Source: a virus (Duplodnaviria; Caudoviricetes). From it: a stretch of 64,000 nucleotides of DNA. Positions 44,479-54,449 of this stretch are shown here, in pieces. A program made the position numbers and the translations under genes. The stretch covers positions 1 through 64,000 of IMG/VR virus record IMGVR_UViG_3300021400_000191, one strand, 5' to 3'. The number at the start of each line of letters is the position of its first letter. Position 1 is the first letter of the stretch. The notes below the pieces were generated by a model, which was not told the origin of the DNA, did no database searches, and saw only the letters and a program-made list of their open reading frames with translations.

Positions 44479-46029
44479 ATGTCAATGGGCTTATACCAGA
44501 TGATCTTTGGCGAAGCTCAGGTGCCTGTTGAGCCCGGACCACAACCCGACCTCAAAGCGGGGTCCGGCGGCGACAAGCAGCTTCAGGCTTTTGAAAACGA
44601 TGACTACTTCAATCGGTCGGGCGGTATCAAGAATTACGATTATCACCTGATCCTCATGCATAAGCAGCGGTGTATTCAGCAACTCTTCGAGCTCGCTTAT
44701 TACTATGCTGATGCTGATCCGATTGTGCATGGCATCATCTACCACATTTACGTACCCTACATGCTGAGCTCGCCTTGGCAGCTCCGAGGTCCGACAAAGA
44801 CGAACAAGATCTACGAAGCGTATTACGACAAGATCCATCTTGCCGACCGCTTGCAGGATATTGCTGTCGAGCTCGCGACCTACAATAATGTTGTTGTATA
44901 TTTCCTGCATGGTGTGCCGATCACAATGCCGCTGAGCCGGTGTCGCATTGCTGGTCTTCGCGTAAACGGCGAACCCCTTGTTGAGTTCGACTGCTTGGCG
45001 TTGCTCGATGATTATCGCAACCAGGGCTTCAATGTACACAAAGGCTGGATCGATGACTGCAACCCTGAGATCCGAAAGCTCGCCTATCCGGAAGAGGTTA
45101 TCGATGCGCTCAATGAGTGCAAAGAGTGGGTGCAGCTGAACCCCAAGTATTGCTTTGTGCCGCAAGGTCCGAAGCATGGATGGACGAAGTGGGCTGTGCC
45201 GTGGATCTCCTCCGCACTGCTCGCACTGCAGCAGAAGGAGATCATCCGCAAGTATGAGAGGGCGATCCTCAACCTTGGCATTCATAGCTTTGTGCATACG
45301 CAGTATGGCGGCACAACAAAAGAGCGCGATATCATTCCTGATAACACCGCGCTTACAAGTATTCATGGGCTTTTTAAAAAGGCGATGTCTGGTTTCCCGC
45401 TTGTGACGACCAGCCATCTTGCAAAAGCTTACGTCGTCCAGCCTGATATGGACGACCTTTTTCAATGGGACAAATACAAGCAAGTCAATAATGACATCTT
45501 CTCCGCTGGCGGCATCTCTGGTGTTCTGGCAACCGGTGTCTCTGCTGATGGTGCAACCTTTGCTTCGGCACAGGTGAGCATGCAGACAGCCGAAGCTCGG
45601 ATCGAAGCATACCGAAGACTGCTTTGCGGAGTGATGAATAAACTCAATGTCTGCATCAAAGAGGAGCTCGCCAAGTCCCACATTTACAATGTGAAAGAGG
45701 TGCCGATCTTTACTTTTATGCCGCTCGAGATGTCTGGGCGCAAAGCAATGCGCGAAGCTTGTGCAACCCTTTGGAAAGAAGGGCTCGTATCTACGGATAC
45801 GTTTATGCACCTTGAAGGCTACGACATGGAGCGTGAAGCTGAAAAGCGGAAGCTCGAGCTCGCAAGCGGTGTTGATGATGTTCTTACTCCTCGTGTAACG
45901 AATGTACAGCAGACAACTGATTCGGGCAACAGCGGTGGTCGGCCCGAAGTCGATGACGATGAACGTCATTCTGATCCAGAAGCCTCTGATCGAGGGGCTC
46001 AGCCCAAACCTTCAACATCGACCGCGTAA
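44479..46029 (+). CDS. Portal protein
   Basis: 516 aa directly after terL; helical; C-terminal GGRP motif typical of portals. Confidence 0.8.
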   Translation: MSMGLYQMIFGEAQVPVEPGPQPDLKAGSGGDKQLQAFENDDYFNRSGGIKNYDYHLILMHKQRCIQQLFELAYYYADADPIVHGIIYHIYVPYMLSSPWQLRGPTKTNKIYEAYYDKIHLADRLQDIAVELATYNNVVVYFLHGVPITMPLSRCRIAGLRVNGEPLVEFDCLALLDDYRNQGFNVHKGWIDDCNPEIRKLAYPEEVIDALNECKEWVQLNPKYCFVPQGPKHGWTKWAVPWISSALLALQQKEIIRKYERAILNLGIHSFVHTQYGGTTKERDIIPDNTALTSIHGLFKKAMSGFPLVTTSHLAKAYVVQPDMDDLFQWDKYKQVNNDIFSAGGISGVLATGVSADGATFASAQVSMQTAEARIEAYRRLLCGVMNKLNVCIKEELAKSHIYNVKEVPIFTFMPLEMSGRKAMREACATLWKEGLVSTDTFMHLEGYDMEREAEKRKLELASGVDDVLTPRVTNVQQTTDSGNSGGRPEVDDDERHSDPEASDRGAQPKPSTSTA

Positions 46030-46107
46030 GCGGTAATGTATAACATAACTTGTATTGATCGTTGTCTCCTACCGGCGACCAAGGCAAGTTAAAATGAGGG
46101 ATGCTCA

Positions 46108-47208
46108 ATGAAACATACTTTTATAGCATCTGCCTCAGAGTTGCAAACCTCTCCCCTGTTTTTGCAGATTGTGACTCCGCTGTTCCTCGCAGATGTGCCG
46201 AATTTAAATAACGTCGCATGCTCCGAAGGCTTCGTGGATGACATTGTTGCGAATCAGGAAAGGTACTTTGGTATTCCGCTGGTCGTAGATATTAAGAATC
46301 TTACGGCTGGTCTGCGTGATCGACTTGGTCACATGTTTAATCCCATCACGGGAACGTATGGTACGACATGCATTGGCAGCTTTCAAGGTTTCGAAAAGCG
46401 AGAGCTTGATGGCGGCAAGACTGCATTGGTCGGCTATGCTCGTGTGTGGAAGCGGAACGCTGCAGTGTGCCGGATATTAAGCGAGATGTTCGCTGATGGT
46501 AAGCTGCAATTCAGCTTTGAGATCAACGCTGGTACTCAGGAGAAATCCGAAGACGGGACGATTGTGATCAATGCTGATGAAAACAATTACCTTGAAGGGA
46601 TGTGCGTCGTATCCCTACCGGCATGCCCGGAGGCGGTCGCAGAACAACTCGTGGCAGAGCTGATTCCGAAAGATGGTGATACTATGGACAAGGAAAACGA
46701 ACAGGTTGTTGCCGAACCCGAAGTACAGGCCGAGGTCGAACAGACCGAAAACACTGAGCCCGAAGTGGCCGAGACTGAGGTTCAGGCAGAGGCATCTGAA
46801 GCAGAGAATGCCGAAGTGCATGTGACTGAAACCCATGTCGAGGTTGACGAGATCGAAACCCACGACTGGGACAATGATGAGCACGGTCATGAACGGATCG
46901 TGCATGAAGTTTCCGTAACTCATATGGCTGAGCAGGAAGCCGAACCGGAGTCCGAGCCCGAGCAGAGCCGGACCGAAGTTATGGTCGCCCAGCTGCTTGA
47001 ACGTATGGATGCTATGGCAAAGCAGATTGCCGAGCTTACTGAGTCTATACATCGCGATACCACCGATGAAGTTGTCGCGGAGATTCAGGAAAGTAATATT
47101 GGGGAACAGGAGACGCAGCTGACAGCTGAAATGAATGTGGCTGCGAAGCCCGAGTATTCTCTTCTCCTCGAACCCGAAGAAACGATTACGCAGTATACAC
47201 TGCTGTAA
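46108..47208 (+). CDS. Prohead protease / scaffold fusion
   Basis: N.N, ARVWKR, FSFEI, G.CVV..PA; long acidic C-terminal scaffold-like region. Confidence 0.75.
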   Translation: MKHTFIASASELQTSPLFLQIVTPLFLADVPNLNNVACSEGFVDDIVANQERYFGIPLVVDIKNLTAGLRDRLGHMFNPITGTYGTTCIGSFQGFEKRELDGGKTALVGYARVWKRNAAVCRILSEMFADGKLQFSFEINAGTQEKSEDGTIVINADENNYLEGMCVVSLPACPEAVAEQLVAELIPKDGDTMDKENEQVVAEPEVQAEVEQTENTEPEVAETEVQAEASEAENAEVHVTETHVEVDEIETHDWDNDEHGHERIVHEVSVTHMAEQEAEPESEPEQSRTEVMVAQLLERMDAMAKQIAELTESIHRDTTDEVVAEIQESNIGEQETQLTAEMNVAAKPEYSLLLEPEETITQYTLL

Positions 47209-47221
47209 AGAATGAATTGGA

Positions 47222-47668
47222 GTGATTGCTATGGCAGGCTTTATGTCTGGGCATACCAATTATCGTTATGATGGCACTTACCGCAATGGTACTGGTGCTC
47301 CCCTGTATAATGGTATGCTTGTTGCACTTGCTGCTGATGGCGAGTCTTGGAAGTTTGTTCTTCCTGAAGCCAATAAGGGCAAGTTTAATGTTGTTCGCCG
47401 TCGTGATGTTTACGAAGGCACACCCGGTATCGAAGTAGAAGTCATGGAAGATGACAACCTCTTCTTCGTAGAAAATCTTATTCTTATCAATGACAGCAAT
47501 GAAGAGTGGGATGGTTCCAAGTACTCCGTTCCCGACGGTGCTCTGGTCCGCGCTCACATGCTTCGCCCCGGTGAATATTTCGTCACCGACGAGCTTGCTG
47601 CTGATCCTGAAACCTACCTGGTCGGCACGACCGTGAAGTCTGCTGCGACCGGTAAGGTTACCGCGTAA
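47222..47668 (+). CDS. Capsid decoration / accessory head protein
   Basis: Between scaffold and capsid genes; L.NGM.V motif. Confidence 0.6.
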   Translation: MIAMAGFMSGHTNYRYDGTYRNGTGAPLYNGMLVALAADGESWKFVLPEANKGKFNVVRRRDVYEGTPGIEVEVMEDDNLFFVENLILINDSNEEWDGSKYSVPDGALVRAHMLRPGEYFVTDELAADPETYLVGTTVKSAATGKVTA

Positions 47669-47678
47669 TGGGAGGTGA

Positions 47679-48683
47679 ATGAATATGGCTGAAATTGTTG
47701 TGAAACCCACTTCCCAGTTTATTAAGGTTCTCGCTGCCCAGAGCCGTGGTGAACGTCTCGACTCCAAGGTCGTCGCTGAGGCGAACCAGATCGTGACCGA
47801 TCTTGTCAAAGACCTCAGTCCCCAGAACCGTCACATGTTTGCGCAGACCATTGGTTTCGCTGTGAACGAGCTCCAGCAGAATTCTCTTGATTTCCTGAAC
47901 CAGCTCGCCGAGCAGAAGAATATTGAGTATGGCGCAAAGGCTGCTTTCGATATCCAGACCCGTGGTATCATGGCGCAGATTCAGGCCAAGGGCTCTACCC
48001 CTGTCCGTAGTTATGTGACCGACCGCAGGATCTCTGTGGATACATTTGAAATCTCTGCACGTCCGGCTATCCAGATCAACGACCTGCTGACTGGTCGCGT
48101 TCAGATGTCTCGTCTTATCAGCGAAGCTAACGAAGCCATCACGCTTGAGAAGGTTCGCTATGTGGAGAGCGTGCTGCATGCCGCTATCTCCAACTTCCAG
48201 ACCCCGTTCTATGGCACTGGTACTGGCGTTGTTGGTCCGACCCTCGACTCTATGCTGGACTACTTCTCTGACTTTGGCCCGGTGACCATCCTTGGTTCCG
48301 CTTCTGCTCTCCGTCAGGTGAGTCAGCTGGCTGGCGCTATGCTCGACCCGACCACAAACCATTTCTCTGACAACATGATTGACACTGTGAATGCTAATGG
48401 TCACCTCGGCGTGTACAATACTGCCGACCTCGTCAAGCTGACGAACGCCTACTATCCCGGCACGACCAAGCGCATCCTTGATCCGAACTGGCTGTACATC
48501 GTTCCCGGTGGTTACACTGGTGATGCTCGCAACCTGAAGATCGTCAATGAAGGCGCTGTCCGTGCTTACGAACGTCAGGATCCCGATGACGAGTCCCTCG
48601 AAGTTACTCTCCGTCTGTGGTTCGGCGCCTCCTTCGTCACGATGGACCGCCTGCCCAACATTGGTGCGTATCTTATCGGTTAA
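47679..48683 (+). CDS. Major capsid protein
   Basis: 334 aa; position; strongly biased codon usage; followed by a terminator-like hairpin. Confidence 0.75.
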   Translation: MNMAEIVVKPTSQFIKVLAAQSRGERLDSKVVAEANQIVTDLVKDLSPQNRHMFAQTIGFAVNELQQNSLDFLNQLAEQKNIEYGAKAAFDIQTRGIMAQIQAKGSTPVRSYVTDRRISVDTFEISARPAIQINDLLTGRVQMSRLISEANEAITLEKVRYVESVLHAAISNFQTPFYGTGTGVVGPTLDSMLDYFSDFGPVTILGSASALRQVSQLAGAMLDPTTNHFSDNMIDTVNANGHLGVYNTADLVKLTNAYYPGTTKRILDPNWLYIVPGGYTGDARNLKIVNEGAVRAYERQDPDDESLEVTLRLWFGASFVTMDRLPNIGAYLIG

Positions 48684-48723
48684 CTCCTCTCTCTTCGCTC
48701 CCGGCTACGGTCGGGGGCATTTT

Positions 48724-48797
48724 GCTGGTGTAGCTCAGAAGGCAAGAGCGGCTGACTTGTAAACAGCAGGCCGTGGGTTCGATCCCTACCATCAGCT
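48724..48797 (+). tRNA. tRNA-Thr(UGU)
   Basis: GCTGGTG/CATCAGC acceptor stem, TAGCTCAG, CTTGTAA loop, GGTTCGATCCC. Confidence 0.88.
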
Positions 48798-49173
48798 CTC
48801 CTCGGCTTAGCCGGGGCTTTCCGACAGAGCCACATACGCCTCTCGTGATCGTGCGAAGCGCACCACATGTGGACTTTATAAGAGGTTCGAAATCCTTGGA
48901 CCTCGTATAGACGAAGCCGTAGCTGGTCCCTACCCTACTTCGTCTTAGCTCAGAGGTTGCACGATGTTGCACAAATGGTCCGACCAATCATCTTGTGCAA
49001 CAACTCATAGCCGGTGAACAAGCAATAAAAGTTGCCAAGACAATAAAGACCCCGTACATGGAACACCCGGAGGACGAACTCCGTTATCAACGTTGTGACC
49101 TCCATAGGGGCTTCGCGTGATTGAAACTGCACGCCCGGCATTTTATTTAAGAGAAGAGAAAGGAGTGCGCTGT

Positions 49174-49638
49174 ATGGATCGCACAAAAACTTACCGAGTT
49201 TATAACCATTGTAAATATGCTATCGGGGTCGTCCGACCGAATGGTCACTCTCTGAGTATTGATCCCGTTACTCCCGATAATCCCGAAGGTGGCTTCCAGC
49301 TGCTGACCGGGGATGAAATTTTGTTTATTGAGAACCGCTGCAAGATCAACAAGTTCTTCGCAAAGAAGATGCTCGTTGCCTACGATGAGAATGGTGTCGA
49401 GGTTCCGCTCGAATCTTTCCATATCGTACCGAGGCAGAAGGATGTTGCTCATCTCGATGACGCGACCATTACTGAAGCTCTGAAGCAGAGCCAGAAGAAG
49501 TTCGAAGCTTGGCTCGAACCGATCACTGATCCGGCTGAGCTTGATGCAATCTATCTCGTTGCTCGCGAAACGGACAGCCTGACAAAGGGCAAGCTCGACG
49601 TTCTCAAGAACAAGATCCCGAATAAAGATTGGAACTAA
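49174..49638 (+). CDS. Hypothetical virion-module protein
   Basis: AAAGGAG RBS. Confidence 0.65.
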   Translation: MDRTKTYRVYNHCKYAIGVVRPNGHSLSIDPVTPDNPEGGFQLLTGDEILFIENRCKINKFFAKKMLVAYDENGVEVPLESFHIVPRQKDVAHLDDATITEALKQSQKKFEAWLEPITDPAELDAIYLVARETDSLTKGKLDVLKNKIPNKDWN

Positions 49639-49765
49639 TATGAAATGGTGACACTCGATGACGGTCATTACTAAAAACTTTTATATATAGCAATTTTAAT
49701 AAAATCATATATAGAGAGTTTACGAAACGACCAGCATCGACTGTCACCATTATTACAAAGAAAGG

Positions 49766-50203
49766 ATGAGGCCAATGACTTCTGTTACAGATTTGGCTGC
49801 TGAGCTCGCGAACCGTGTGTATCTGCAGAGATCAGAAAAGGAATTTACCTCTGAGGAATATATCCAGCTGATCGAGAACGCGATCGCCAGACTGTATGTT
49901 GACACTGGTCGCGCCCTTCAGTTTGACAAGCTTTCCTTCGAAGACACTGGTGATGCGATTTATTTCTCAGAAGATCTGAAGATTGATGAGAAAGAATACG
50001 TGCTTTTGATTGCCGAGAAATCTTTCCTTCAGATCATTCAGAAGGATGTAAACATCATCACTTCTTACACTACGAATGCACTGTCAGTGACAGGTGCTGA
50101 CAAACCGTATGCTCACCTTGCTGACTCGATTGATAAGCTTGAGTGGCAGAGGCGCGAACTCCTGTATCGAATGATCCGATATATGGTCGGCGTTTCCTGT
50201 TGA
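49766..50203 (+). CDS. Probable head-tail adaptor
   Basis: Position and size after the capsid gene; helical. Confidence 0.5.
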   Translation: MRPMTSVTDLAAELANRVYLQRSEKEFTSEEYIQLIENAIARLYVDTGRALQFDKLSFEDTGDAIYFSEDLKIDEKEYVLLIAEKSFLQIIQKDVNIITSYTTNALSVTGADKPYAHLADSIDKLEWQRRELLYRMIRYMVGVSC

Positions 50204-50217
50204 TGGGGGTGTGACTT

Positions 50218-50952
50218 ATGGCAACACCTTATATTGCGAAGCCGAGTCGCACTCGCTTCTTCAAACCACCTACACTGCAGGCAGATTTCGATAGGTTCTT
50301 GGATGGCGATCTTCCGAATCAAGTGATGGACTTCGAGCTTATACCTGACTGGTACGCAAGGTCCGAACCAGATTATGAGCCTAAGATCATTCGTGGTGAA
50401 TTTTATCCTGACAGCACCAAGTCAAGGTACGAGAACACAGACTCTGCAATGAATATTCGCTGTAGCGTTACATCTGGTATTAAGAAGGGTGACATGGTCA
50501 TCCCGAGCAATACCGGGATCCCGTATATTCTTGACTGGGAGATCCATCTTGAGAGCAACAATGCTCCGAGCCGAGCTCTTCGGTGCAACTTTTATCTTAC
50601 GATCAAGCGGTACTCCAAAGGTAAAACAGACTCTCGAGGCATCAGGACGACTGCTCCCGGCTTCGAAACTGTTGTCGATGCTCTGCCTGTTAACGGTTAC
50701 CGTTATGATGGTCGGCGCCAGTACTCTGCTGCAAGCGGTACGCCCGGTGTAACACCGAACGCTTCGACGCTTGTAACTGTGCAGTACAACGACCAAACAA
50801 AGAATATTCATGTGAACGACGAATTCCAGTGGGGTGACGAAACCTATCAGATCGTTGATGTCAACCGGTCTGGTCTGAATCTGGAGCAGACAAGCGGTAC
50901 ACTCGTGCTGTGGTGTAACGAAAAGGCAGGCGGTCTTGACTATGCAACTTGA
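50218..50952 (+). CDS. Probable head-closure / neck protein
   Basis: IKKGD.V, beta-rich; position. Confidence 0.5.
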   Translation: MATPYIAKPSRTRFFKPPTLQADFDRFLDGDLPNQVMDFELIPDWYARSEPDYEPKIIRGEFYPDSTKSRYENTDSAMNIRCSVTSGIKKGDMVIPSNTGIPYILDWEIHLESNNAPSRALRCNFYLTIKRYSKGKTDSRGIRTTAPGFETVVDALPVNGYRYDGRRQYSAASGTPGVTPNASTLVTVQYNDQTKNIHVNDEFQWGDETYQIVDVNRSGLNLEQTSGTLVLWCNEKAGGLDYAT

Positions 50953-51199
50953 GGAAATGTTCAAGGCTAAGATCAAAGACTACCTGACAAGTGTCGCATA
51001 TGAAATAAAAGCAGCGATTGAATACGAGTTCTCTGTTGAGTACGGCGAGGTTCACATCGGCGACCCCGTAGTCACAGAGGACTCCATTTCTTTTGACTTG
51101 AGCGGGCTCTCCGATTATGAGAAAGAGCTGCTCAACGATATCTATTATGAAAACGCTAAGAAACGCAGACAGAAAGGCGGTGGTGAGAATGCTGTATGA
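50936..51199 (+). CDS. Small hypothetical virion-module protein
   Basis: ORF track; overlapping packing. Confidence 0.5.
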   Translation: MTMQLEEMFKAKIKDYLTSVAYEIKAAIEYEFSVEYGEVHIGDPVVTEDSISFDLSGLSDYEKELLNDIYYENAKKRRQKGGGENAV

Positions 51200-51677
51200 A
51201 CAATGGGATGACGACTGGCTCGACATTGTACGAGATGTTATTTTCCCGGATGAAAAGCTGAAGGAGTACATGTGTGTTCCCGAGGGCACGACCATCCTTG
51301 ACTTTATCGAAAACTACTTTATTCCTGCTGGTTCGACCACATCAGAACTTCTTACCAACGAGGATACTCGTGTTGTATACGGGTTCTTTTCTGGCAACCC
51401 CACTAACATTCCGAACGCTCATGAGATGACGCTTAGCTTCGACATCTATGTGCGCAAGGAGCGACTGTACGATGTGGATGAGGTCGATGCTCTTGTTGCT
51501 CGAACACAGCGGATTGCTCGAAGGCTGAACCAACTTTTGTACCTTGAGCCGCGTGAGCACAGCAATGGTTTCGTTGGTGTGTTCCGCTTCTATGATCCGA
51601 GAGAAACAACGATGGGCACTCGTACCGTGGGCTATGACAGATATAACTACAGTCTGACATATCAGCGTTATTACTAA
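51189..51677 (+). CDS. Probable tail terminator / completion protein
   Basis: LSFDIYV...R...IA..L; directly before the tail tube gene. Confidence 0.55.
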   Translation: MLYEQWDDDWLDIVRDVIFPDEKLKEYMCVPEGTTILDFIENYFIPAGSTTSELLTNEDTRVVYGFFSGNPTNIPNAHEMTLSFDIYVRKERLYDVDEVDALVARTQRIARRLNQLLYLEPREHSNGFVGVFRFYDPRETTMGTRTVGYDRYNYSLTYQRYY

Positions 51678-51744
51678 GTATATTAATGTGCGTTTGTAGG
51701 AGGACGTGCAGAGATATAAATAAAATGAAAAGATGTGTTGCGTT

Positions 51745-52539
51745 ATGGCAAGTACGTATGTACCTTCTCTCAGAGGCTACATCGCTGATGTGCCTCAGTT
51801 TTTCTTCAAACGTGCTGATAACCGTGTCTTTGTCAACAAGCACGTGACTCAGTGCTCCCTGACTCCTCAGATCGACTTCCAGGAAGTTCGTGCTGGTTGG
51901 TCCAGCTATGCTGCGGCTTATCTGCCCGGACAGGCTACGATGGATGTTCAGCTGACTCTTGGTCAGTTCGATGCTGAGATCTTTGCTATGGCTAATGCCG
52001 AAGACTTCAAGAAAGAAGCAAACTTCGAACATTACATCATGGAACATCACAAGCCGGATGCTACTTCCCATAAGGTTGTCCTCGACAACGTTCCCGTTGC
52101 TGGCAGCATTTATATCAATGGTCTGGAAGAAGCAACCGGTGATACTCCCACTGCTGGTTCCGATGAAGCCAAGGGTACCTATGTTGTGAACGCTGAAACC
52201 AAGGAGATCACTTTCGCTGACGATGTGGTCGAAGATCTGGAAATCAGCTACAAGACCGTTGATGAAGCCCAGATGGTTGACATCACGAACAACAAGGTTG
52301 CTTGCGGCGAAACCGTTCTCAAATGGCCTGTCTATGGCGATAACAAGGACTGCACCGAAAACGGTATCATCAAGTATGTTGTGGTCCGTATCTTCAAGAC
52401 CCGTGTTACCACACTGCCCGGTTTCGACACCAGCTATAAGTCTCCTGCTACCTTCCCGCTGACTCTGTCCACCATGGATCCTGAGCGCAACGACGAAGTT
52501 GTGTGGCAGATGGGTATCATTGATAACGTAAAAAACTAA
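51745..52539 (+). CDS. Major tail tube protein
   Basis: EVRAG, F.TSYKSPATFPLTL, position before the chaperone pair; followed by a hairpin at ~52544-52586. Confidence 0.7.
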   Translation: MASTYVPSLRGYIADVPQFFFKRADNRVFVNKHVTQCSLTPQIDFQEVRAGWSSYAAAYLPGQATMDVQLTLGQFDAEIFAMANAEDFKKEANFEHYIMEHHKPDATSHKVVLDNVPVAGSIYINGLEEATGDTPTAGSDEAKGTYVVNAETKEITFADDVVEDLEISYKTVDEAQMVDITNNKVACGETVLKWPVYGDNKDCTENGIIKYVVVRIFKTRVTTLPGFDTSYKSPATFPLTLSTMDPERNDEVVWQMGIIDNVKN

Positions 52540-52688
52540 GGCCAACACCTCCGCCAACTCCCCCTTCTCCGTCTAGCGGAGGTGTTTACAACAATAGTTT
52601 CTACGATACCGATGTATACGGTTAAGCTCAACGAGGGCTGCTGCGTTAAAGCGGCAGCCCTTTATTTTTACGAAGAGAGAGTGATCCT

Positions 52689-53165
52689 ATGCCGAGGACA
52701 AAACTACCGACAGCAACTCTCCCCGAGGCGCCAGAGCTGCCAACGGAAGAGGTCGAGGCTGTCGAAGCATTGCCAGCAGAAGACATTGAGAAGAAAGACC
52801 TTCCGCCTGAATACAATGTTGATAACAGTATTACGATTGATGGCGAGCGCATAGAGATCAAGGCGACCAAGCTCCAGTATCAGAGGAGTGGTGTCGCTGG
52901 TTTTTATAAGGTCCTGAAGTCGATGCCTCTCATTTATATTTTCCAGCTTCCAGACGATTACTTCGATGCGAAGCGGACTCCCACAAAGTGCCTGATGGAC
53001 TGGGTGTCAGCCGTTGTTGATGATCCGGCTTTCACCAAGAAGCACTTTGACAATATGACTTCGGAAGATATTTATCGGCTGCTGGATATCTTCCTCCGCC
53101 TCAACAAGATCGATGAGATGGAGGAGCAAGTAAAAAACCGGTTGGCGGCAACGACGACGGATTAA
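52689..53165 (+). CDS. Tail assembly chaperone (gpG-like)
   Basis: Ends with slippery A-AAA-AAC (53132-53138). Confidence 0.75.
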   Translation: MPRTKLPTATLPEAPELPTEEVEAVEALPAEDIEKKDLPPEYNVDNSITIDGERIEIKATKLQYQRSGVAGFYKVLKSMPLIYIFQLPDDYFDAKRTPTKCLMDWVSAVVDDPAFTKKHFDNMTSEDIYRLLDIFLRLNKIDEMEEQVKNRLAATTTD

Positions 53166-53467
53166 GCCTTGAAGAGGCTGTTGCCGTTGTCGCCGTGCAT
53201 TTACACCAAACCAGCGAAGATGAAATTAATAACATGAGCATACCTTTCTTCAAGGAAGTGCTCAAGGCTCTTGGCAAGAGCTTGAATTACACAGCTGTTG
53301 TCAATCTTTATGGCAACGCTTTCGCAAAAGATGCGGGCAAAGCAATCGAACAAGCGAACCCTCTGCACAAAGAAGTTGCATATGGTGCTGGGCTTGCGAA
53401 CTTGCTCGCCGATTCCAAGAATTTCACCCCAGCAAGTAAGATGAAAGATATTGACTGGGCTATGTAA
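53135..53467 (+). CDS. Tail assembly chaperone -1 frameshift extension (gpT-like)
   Basis: The -1 frame is open from the slippery site to 53467; downstream stem GGCGGCAACG/CGTTGTCGCC. Confidence 0.75.
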   Translation, partial: KPVGGNDDGLSLEEAVAVVAVHLHQTSEDEINNMSIPFFKEVLKALGKSLNYTAVVNLYGNAFAKDAGKAIEQANPLHKEVAYGAGLANLLADSKNFTPASKMKDIDWAM

Positions 53468-53481
53468 AGGAGCGATGTACT

Positions 53482-53727
53482 ATGACTGATCCCTATATTC
53501 TGTATTCAAGAATGCAGACCAACTACCGTAAATATAAACAGGGTGGCGCTGGCGCGAACTACGCATACAGATGCGCAATCTCTGCTGCTCTCGAACTCCT
53601 CGAGCAGGATGGTCCGAATCCCTTCACTCCGCAGCAGCCCGCGCCGACCAAGATTCAGGGTGTTGTAACAAAGAAGGGGGCGAAGCGCAATGACGAGGAA
53701 AGCAGAAGTATTGAATGGGCTAATTGA
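53482..53727 (+). CDS. Small hypothetical protein
   Basis: AAAGGAG RBS. Confidence 0.55.
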   Translation: MTDPYILYSRMQTNYRKYKQGGAGANYAYRCAISAALELLEQDGPNPFTPQQPAPTKIQGVVTKKGAKRNDEESRSIEWAN

Positions 53728-54025
53728 CACTTGTATCGAGCAGGCTCCGAGCGGTGTGTGGTACGTCACGCCGATGTGGCGCGACTCCCCCATCCTGTAT
53801 GGTTATGATGGTGACTATGCCGAGCTGCTCGAAGTGCTGAAGCTTACTGTCGATAAGAAGAATGCTATCGATAATCAGGTGAACCCTATTCTCCAGTGGC
53901 TGTATAAGCTGATGACCGAAACGGTCGACCCCACTCTTGATGAATTCGAAACGGACCTCATGCATGGTGCGCTCGAATATCTCAACGGCAAGAAGAATGA
54001 AGGCTGGGACTTCGCTAAGAAGTGA
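53690..54025 (+). CDS. Hypothetical protein
   Basis: AAGGGGG RBS. Confidence 0.55.
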   Translation: MTRKAEVLNGLIDTCIEQAPSGVWYVTPMWRDSPILYGYDGDYAELLEVLKLTVDKKNAIDNQVNPILQWLYKLMTETVDPTLDEFETDLMHGALEYLNGKKNEGWDFAKK

Positions 54026-54064
54026 TCGCAATTTGCTAGGGGCATTCGTGTCCTTAGCAAGCTT

Positions 54065-54139
54065 GCCCGAGTGGTGGAATAGGCAGACACAGCGGACTTA
54101 AAATCCGTACAACTACGAGTTCAAGTCTCGTCTTGGGCA
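54065..54139 (+). tRNA. tRNA-Leu(UAA) with short variable region
   Basis: GCCCGAG/CTTGGGC acceptor stem, TGGTGGAATAGGCAGACAC Leu-type D-arm, CTTAAAA loop, ACGAG-TTCAAGT-CTCGT. Confidence 0.8.
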
Positions 54140-54150
54140 TTTAATTATTT

Positions 54151-54426
54151 TTGGAGGTGTTGCGCATGAAACATGACCGCGCTTATAAACGTAGGATGAC
54201 TAGGTTGAAGAATAAACGCCGCAAGGAAATGTGTGAATACATTCCGTTCTGGCGCAACATATGGTTCGATAAAGATAAACAGAGGGCCGTCGCAACAAGC
54301 GCTTGGCATGTGCGCAAGAAGTTTGTGAAAACGCATGCTTCGCGTGCTCATCGGCGCGACCCTGTTGAGCAGACCAAAGGTTGTGCATACAAGAAAGTGT
54401 ACAACGTTCGGAATCAGATCTGCTGA
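54151..54426 (+). CDS. Small basic hypothetical protein
   Basis: GGAGG RBS (start probably 54166); Arg/Lys-rich. Confidence 0.55.
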   Translation: MEVLRMKHDRAYKRRMTRLKNKRRKEMCEYIPFWRNIWFDKDKQRAVATSAWHVRKKFVKTHASRAHRRDPVEQTKGCAYKKVYNVRNQIC

Positions 54427-54449
54427 GTTTGTGAAAGGAGTGAATTGAT

